Below are positions 58,827 to 64,000 of a stretch of DNA of 64,000 bases, in pieces. A model generated the notes under the pieces. The model was not told where the DNA came from, did not search any database, and saw nothing but the letters and a program-made list of their open reading frames with translations. The position numbers and the translations under genes are program-made. Each line of letters starts with the position of its first letter. The stretch's first letter is position 1. Origin of the DNA: an uncultured bacterium (lineage in GTDB: Bacteria; Chloroflexota; UBA5177; JANWHV01); contig CAWHAE010000009.1 of NCBI GenBank assembly GCA_963827235.1, positions 160,001 through 224,000 on the forward strand, given 5' to 3'.

Positions 58827-58996
58827 CCACGGCGAAACCGCCCAGCTTATCGCGTGCCGTGCCGTGACGGCGGTGGACCGCACGAGTTTGCCCTCCGCGC
58901 GGTCTGTCACCGGGATCGGAAAGCAGCAGCACCCTGCACGCATCCCGTAAGCACGACGGAGGGCACGCCACGCCGGGGCGGCATCAAGCACCCTTC

Positions 58997-59848
58997 TCAT
59001 GCCCGCACCAGGCTCACAAGCAGCAGCTTGGCGCGATTTGACGGATTTACGTCGAAGATCAACCGTCGCGCCAGAAACCAGCCGCTGCCGTCGCGCACGA
59101 CCACCGACACGGTCGCCACCCCGGACATGGCGAAATAGGGATGGCCTGCATACCATCCACCGCTCGCCCCGACCATGGCGAGGTCGGCGGTTCCCATGTC
59201 GGGCATGCTCGGCATCGCCATCACGAAGTGGACCTGCAGGCCGGGCCGCAACAGGATCCGTAACGTGCTCGTGCTGTCGGCTCGCTGCACGAACTCGATG
59301 GTGGCCGGCCCATAGCGCGCCGGCACCGGCGCCAAGGACAGGAAGCCCGCGCCTGGCCCGGCGAGAAAGTCAAAGGGAACGATTGTGACGCGTGCACTCG
59401 ATGCAGACCGCAGAACGATGTCCGCATGCCAGTGCCCCAGGGCAAGGATATCGCCACTGCCGGCGTAGCCGCCCGGGGCCGGCGCCAGCACGACAGTGGA
59501 GACCGGGATTGTGTCGTATGCCGGCATGCCAAGCTTCACACGCACGGAAGCTACGTTGGCGGCGCCTCCCGGGCGAATCCACACGAACAGGCGCGTCGCG
59601 CCAAGGACAGGTGAGGCGATCGCCAGCGTCACACGAAGCCGGCCGCTGACCCGCGTGGCCGCGATCTGGCCCGGCGCGGGCGAGGGCTGCGCGCACGCGG
59701 CCGGCCCGCTCCCCGAGAACCTCGCAGTCGTCGCGCTGCCGGCCGACACGACCGGCGACGAAAAGTGCGCGTATGCCACGAGGCACAGCATGAGCGCGAT
59801 ACCAGCCTGCCGCCGAGGTATGCGAGGAGGTCTGCCGCGTGGTCTCAT
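58997..59848 (-). CDS. Secreted protein with tandem YtkA/FixH-like Ig domains
   Basis: Signal-like segment; two beta-sandwich-like units (LGMP...GGYAG...GHWHADI and MAMPSMPDMG...GWYAG...MSG). Confidence 0.55.
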   Translation of the reverse strand: MRPRGRPPRIPRRQAGIALMLCLVAYAHFSSPVVSAGSATTARFSGSGPAACAQPSPAPGQIAATRVSGRLRVTLAIASPVLGATRLFVWIRPGGAANVASVRVKLGMPAYDTIPVSTVVLAPAPGGYAGSGDILALGHWHADIVLRSASSARVTIVPFDFLAGPGAGFLSLAPVPARYGPATIEFVQRADSTSTLRILLRPGLQVHFVMAMPSMPDMGTADLAMVGASGGWYAGHPYFAMSGVATVSVVVRDGSGWFLARRLIFDVNPSNRAKLLLVSLVRA

Positions 59849-60027
59849 GGTCCACCATAACCGAGAAACGATCGTGACCGGTCTTGCTCAGGGACCGGCC
59901 TCGGTGCTTCATGCCCGTCCAATGGAGACCGCCTGCTCGGACCCCCGCCGACCGCACGCCGGTGGCGCGCAGTCGGCCGGAGTCCGAGCGCGTCGCGGGC
60001 GTTTCCGGACGCCGTGTGCGGACAGGC

Positions 60028-61704
60028 CTACAGGCCGCGAGCCACCACGCCGCAGCCGATTGGAGTAGCGTGCGCACCGACCAGGTCCGGACCCATGTGG
60101 ACGTTCACGTACCAGCCGGTTGCCGGCACGCTCGCCGCGGGTATGGTCAGCGTCTCATGCGCAACACCGGCAGCGTCGGCCTTCAGCGACGGGAACGGGT
60201 AGAGGATGGGGCCGTTGGCACTGCACGTGCTCCCGCTGTGGATGTGCGCCGGGTGGATCGTGTTCGGTTCCAGTCCGGCTACGTCGACGGTGACGTCGAG
60301 CTGGCCGGTCGATGGGTTGAGCTTCAGGATAGCGACACCATTGACCTTCGAGCCGGCCTGCGGACTGATGGACGCGACGCCGAGCGTCGCCTGACCGCTC
60401 GCCGCTACTTTGTAGAGTGCGTTGGCGCCGTCGTCGACGTAGTAGAAGCCGCCGTCCGGCGCGATGGCCAGCCCGAAGAGGGTGCCCGCACCGGCCGATG
60501 CGCCCTGCACCGGCGTCGTATCCAGGTCTTCGGCAAACACCTGAATGCCGGCAGGTGTCGTCTCCACCACTTTTCCGTCGTTCGCGTTCACGGTCAGGAT
60601 GTCGCCGTTCGGCGCCACGGCCAGCCCGAGCGGACCGTTGAGCGCCCCATTCGCCGTCACGTCCCACCCCGCATGCGCCTCGTTGGTACGGGTCAGCGCG
60701 GAAGGGATAGCGCCGATGCGATTGTCCAGCGTATCGGCGACGTAGAGCGTGCCGTCAGGGGCCAGACCGACTCCCGTCGGACCGATGATCAGCGCGGCAG
60801 GGTCGGTGCGCTCGCCAAAGCCCTCGGCAATGACCATGCTGGACTTGAGGCGCGGCTGTCCATGGCCCACGGTCGGCACGCTGAGCACCAGCCGCACAAT
60901 CGTTCCCTGGTTGGTGCCGTGGATCGGACCCGCCGCGAGGGCGCCGTTGAGCACATTGGACACGAACAGCGTTACCGTGCTTCCTCGATCGTATGCCGTC
61001 ATGTCCCATGGGCCATTGATACCGTGGCCGGTGAGCGTGCTCACCACGTTGCCGTTATTGTCCAGCACGATCAAGCAGCCTGCGTCGACCGTAGCCGACG
61101 TGCCGTCCTTCGTGGGAAGGCTGCCCACGATGACAAAGCCGCGCGTCAACGTAGCCAGGGCCGTGGTCAGACCGACTCCGCCGGGACAGCCGCCCGGTAG
61201 CTGCGTGGAAGTGATACTGGCGAACAATTGCTGTGAACCGCTCGGCGAGATCTCGACGATAGTCGTGCCGGTGCCCTGCGCGTTCGCCTTGTCGTTGAAG
61301 TTGCTGACCAGCACATCACCCTGCACCAGCTTCCCCGTGGTGTGAGGCACCACCGCCACGCCATAGGGATTGACGTCGCCGTTGGACGGCACCGTGGACC
61401 CCACGGTGGTGGTCAGCGGCGTGGTCTGCGCAAGCTGCACGCTCCTTGCCCTTACACCCGGTCGAAGGTCCGCCACGGGATGCTTGATCAGCTGAGGCAG
61501 CAACGCCCGCGATGGACTCGCCTGATGCGCCGAAGCTCCCGCCGAGACGACCGAGCCGCCGCTCAAACCCGCTGCTACGATCCCGCCTGCCAGCAGCGCG
61601 GCGCCCAGCAGTCGCGCCGGCCGCCGGGCGCGGCCGGGTGATCGGCGCACCGGCCTTGCCTTGTCTCCACCGGCGCCGCGCACCGACAGTCTTGCAGCTT
61701 CCAT
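60028..61704 (-). CDS. Secreted NHL-like beta-propeller protein with a C-terminal CHRD/Cu-Zn SOD-like domain
   Basis: NGDVNPYG, INGPWDMT, GPTGVGL, LNGPLGLAVAPNG; C-terminal HPAHIHSGSTC, WYVNVH, IGCG. Confidence 0.75.
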   Translation of the reverse strand: MEAARLSVRGAGGDKARPVRRSPGRARRPARLLGAALLAGGIVAAGLSGGSVVSAGASAHQASPSRALLPQLIKHPVADLRPGVRARSVQLAQTTPLTTTVGSTVPSNGDVNPYGVAVVPHTTGKLVQGDVLVSNFNDKANAQGTGTTIVEISPSGSQQLFASITSTQLPGGCPGGVGLTTALATLTRGFVIVGSLPTKDGTSATVDAGCLIVLDNNGNVVSTLTGHGINGPWDMTAYDRGSTVTLFVSNVLNGALAAGPIHGTNQGTIVRLVLSVPTVGHGQPRLKSSMVIAEGFGERTDPAALIIGPTGVGLAPDGTLYVADTLDNRIGAIPSALTRTNEAHAGWDVTANGALNGPLGLAVAPNGDILTVNANDGKVVETTPAGIQVFAEDLDTTPVQGASAGAGTLFGLAIAPDGGFYYVDDGANALYKVAASGQATLGVASISPQAGSKVNGVAILKLNPSTGQLDVTVDVAGLEPNTIHPAHIHSGSTCSANGPILYPFPSLKADAAGVAHETLTIPAASVPATGWYVNVHMGPDLVGAHATPIGCGVVARGL

Positions 61705-62146
61705 GGTCCGTTTGCCTTTCCGCTTTCGCCCCCACGCCGTGCCGAACGGCACGCAAGTCCAGCCTATCAACCTGCTCTCTAAGGCGTCGCAAGCACTGCC
61801 GCAGGGATTGACCCCCGCGCGACGAACGGCGAAGGCAGGACCCCGGCAGGGCCGAGCATCGGAGAAGAGGCCGCCCTTGTCCATCGAGCTGAACGGCGTG
61901 ATCGCCGGCCATGTGGCCGCCTTCAACGCCTTGGCCAATCGACCCGCCGGCCAGGCGGCGGTACTCCTTGCGACCACGATCGGCGCGTGCAGTCCGGTGG
62001 TCGCGAACATGGCCGTGCCGTTGCTCAGAGTGCCGGTGCCGCGCACGGTCGATCCCGCCACGAAGACCATGATGCGCGGCGGCGTTCCGGAGGCATCATT
62101 CTTCCGGTCGCTCGCTCGAGGCGTCAGCGTGGGCTATCATGAGTGT

Positions 62147-63196
62147 ATGCCCTCGACTCCCGAACTCTTGCTCAGCGTCCTGGACCAGTCTCCGATCCGT
62201 CAGGGCGGCACCGCCGCGCAGGCGCTGCGGGAGACTGTGGAGCTTGCCCGCGAGACGGAGCGCCTCGGCTACACACGCTACTGGGTGGCGGAGCACCACA
62301 ACACGGCAAGTTTCGCCGGCACGGCGCCCGAGATCCTGATCGGCCAGATCGCCGCCAACACCTCCAGTATCCGTGTCGGCAGCGGAGGCGTGATGCTCTC
62401 GCATTACTCCGCTCTCAAGGTGGCCGAAACCTTCCGCCTGCTGTCCGCGTTTTACCCCGGACGGATCGACCTGGGCATCGGCCGGGCGCCGGGCAGCGAC
62501 CAGCACACGGCGTCGGCTCTCGCCTATCCCCGGCCGATGGCCGATATCGCGGCATTCCCTCGCCAGGTGGCGGACCTCACCGGCTTCCTATCCGGCGCGC
62601 TGCCGCCAGGCCATCCATTTTCCAGGATCGAGGCGCAGCCCGGACCGCCTATCGCCGTGCCCGAACTCTGGCTCCTGGGTTCGAGCGACTACAGCGCCCG
62701 ACTCGCGGCGCTCCTCGGCTTGCCCTTTGCCTTCGCCGATTTCTTCGGAAGCGCTGGGGATATTGGCCCGCAGGTCGCCGATCTGTATCGTCAGGAGTTC
62801 AAGCCTTCGACGTATTTGCAGGAACCGAGACTGGGCGTGGCCGTACATGTCATCTGTGCCGGCACCGCCGAGCAGGCTCACTACGTCGCATCGAGCATGC
62901 GCCTGATGGTCGCGCAATTACGGACCGGCCGGGCTCGGACGGCGATCCTTTCGCCCGAGGAAGCTTCCAGGCAGGAGCTCGCTATTGCACCCGATCAGCC
63001 CGGGACAGGTTTTGCGAGGCACTTCATCGAAGGCAATCCCGAGCACGTGCGCACGCAGCTTCTCGCCGTAGCAGAACGATACGGAACAAACGACCTGACT
63101 ATAGCCACGAACTGTTTCTCCTTCGAGGACCGCGTGCGTTCCTATCGACTGGTCGCTGCGGCCTGCGCTTTGGGGCCGGCCGTGCCCAAGAAGTAG
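62147..63196 (+). CDS. LLM-class (luciferase-like) flavin-dependent oxidoreductase
   Basis: LSVLDQSPI, RYWVAEHH, IRVGSGGVML, RIDLGIGRAPG, WLLGSS. Confidence 0.93.
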   Translation: MPSTPELLLSVLDQSPIRQGGTAAQALRETVELARETERLGYTRYWVAEHHNTASFAGTAPEILIGQIAANTSSIRVGSGGVMLSHYSALKVAETFRLLSAFYPGRIDLGIGRAPGSDQHTASALAYPRPMADIAAFPRQVADLTGFLSGALPPGHPFSRIEAQPGPPIAVPELWLLGSSDYSARLAALLGLPFAFADFFGSAGDIGPQVADLYRQEFKPSTYLQEPRLGVAVHVICAGTAEQAHYVASSMRLMVAQLRTGRARTAILSPEEASRQELAIAPDQPGTGFARHFIEGNPEHVRTQLLAVAERYGTNDLTIATNCFSFEDRVRSYRLVAAACALGPAVPKK

Positions 63197-63199
63197 CGG

Positions 63200-63355
63200 A
63201 TGCGGCTCGCCGCGGAGCTCGGCCTTGAGGGCATTGATGCGGGACCGCTGATATCGTCCCGATACGCTGAACATCCTGGTCTGCTGTGCCTCCATCTGGC
63301 GTATCAGGCCGGCTGTGGCACCCGCGTGACGTCCCGGGTCTGCGCGGCCCCGTAG
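63200..63355 (+). pseudogene. C-terminal remnant of an NADP oxidoreductase (F420-dependent family)
   Basis: LAAELGLEGIDAGPLISSRYAEHPGLLCLHLAY resembles the family C-terminal DAGPL motif. Confidence 0.5.
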
Positions 63356-63412
63356 CGCGGTGACGCAAGCCATTTCCGGCAGATCTCACCTTGGTCTGAC
63401 GATAGTGGGGGC

Positions 63413-64000
63413 CTAAGGCGATGGTGGCACGACCGGCCCTTTGCCCACGATGTGCTGTTCCGGCGGACTGTCGAGTGGCAGGGACAGGCGGAAAACACTG
63501 CCCGCCGGACCTGTGCTCTCCAGCTCGAGATCGCCGCCCATGGCACGGGCGAGCCGCCGGCCAAGGAAGAGACCGAGTCCGGTTCCCACGTGCCCGGAGC
63601 GGATGCGACTGCCCTGGATTCGCCCGAACCGCGTGAAAAGCAGCGACCGGTGCTCCTCGGCGATGCCGGATCCCTGATCGTGCACGCGAATCGCCACCGT
63701 CTCACCGTCCTGTCGCCAATCGACCGCGACCGGGCACCCCTCCGCGGAGTACTTTGCCGCGTTGTCGAGCAGGTTGATCAGCACTTGCTTGGCCGCGCCG
63801 CCGTCGGCCAACATGCGCAGGTTGGCTGGTCCCTCGAGATCAAACCGCTGGTTCGTGTATTTTCCCTCGAGCTCATCGGTGACGCTCGCCAGCAGTGCGG
63901 CAACCGAACATGATGTGGGTTGCAAGAGCGCCATGTCGCTGTCCAGCCGCGTGGTCAGCAGCAGATCCTCGACCAGGCGCAGTTGGCGGTTGGCTGCTTG
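63413..64000 (-). CDS. Sensor histidine kinase, C-terminal part (partial)
   Basis: QVLINLLDNAAKYS, DQGSGI, GTGLGLF; the frame continues past the window end. Confidence 0.9.
   Translation of the reverse strand, partial: QAANRQLRLVEDLLLTTRLDSDMALLQPTSCSVAALLASVTDELEGKYTNQRFDLEGPANLRMLADGGAAKQVLINLLDNAAKYSAEGCPVAVDWRQDGETVAIRVHDQGSGIAEEHRSLLFTRFGRIQGSRIRSGHVGTGLGLFLGRRLARAMGGDLELESTGPAGSVFRLSLPLDSPPEQHIVGKGPVVPPSP

Noticed and set aside
61661-62146. Long N-terminal extensions of the LLM oxidoreductase and of the 60028-62070 ORF
   Set aside because: Family homology begins at Met 62147 and Met 61704; the intervening DNA looks like gene debris.

Overview
High-GC bacterial DNA; the gene content would fit a soil Chloroflexota- or Actinomycetota-like organism (inference). 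About 50 intact CDSs are supportable. I found no rRNA, tRNA, CRISPR array or intact transposase. Main blocks: (1) a decayed signalling region (1-7.4 kb); (2) a LacI-controlled glycyl-radical enzyme (GRE) and activase operon, divergent from an archaeal-type SHMT homologue with a rewired active site, followed by two transglutaminase-like genes; (3) a LacI-controlled sugar/sugar-acid catabolic cluster (two enolase-superfamily enzymes, TPP E1 alpha/beta without E2/E3, SDR, Gfo/Idh/MocA, TIM-barrel epimerase, mutarotase); (4) envelope and export genes, including a probable secreted clan CD protease, MFS, MMPL with a two-component system, a Thr-rich secreted protein next to a protein O-mannosyltransferase, and a permease with a nested 4A+4B repeat ectodomain; (5) a mobile-element scar, an ABC exporter, a MazEF-type toxin-antitoxin pair and assorted enzymes. 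Short gene remnants and a dispersed GTAG-type REP-like repeat occur throughout. The best novelty candidates are the nested-repeat permease, the GRE plus atypical SHMT locus, and the Thr-rich protein/mannosyltransferase pair. All product calls come from motif recognition by eye, not from database searches.
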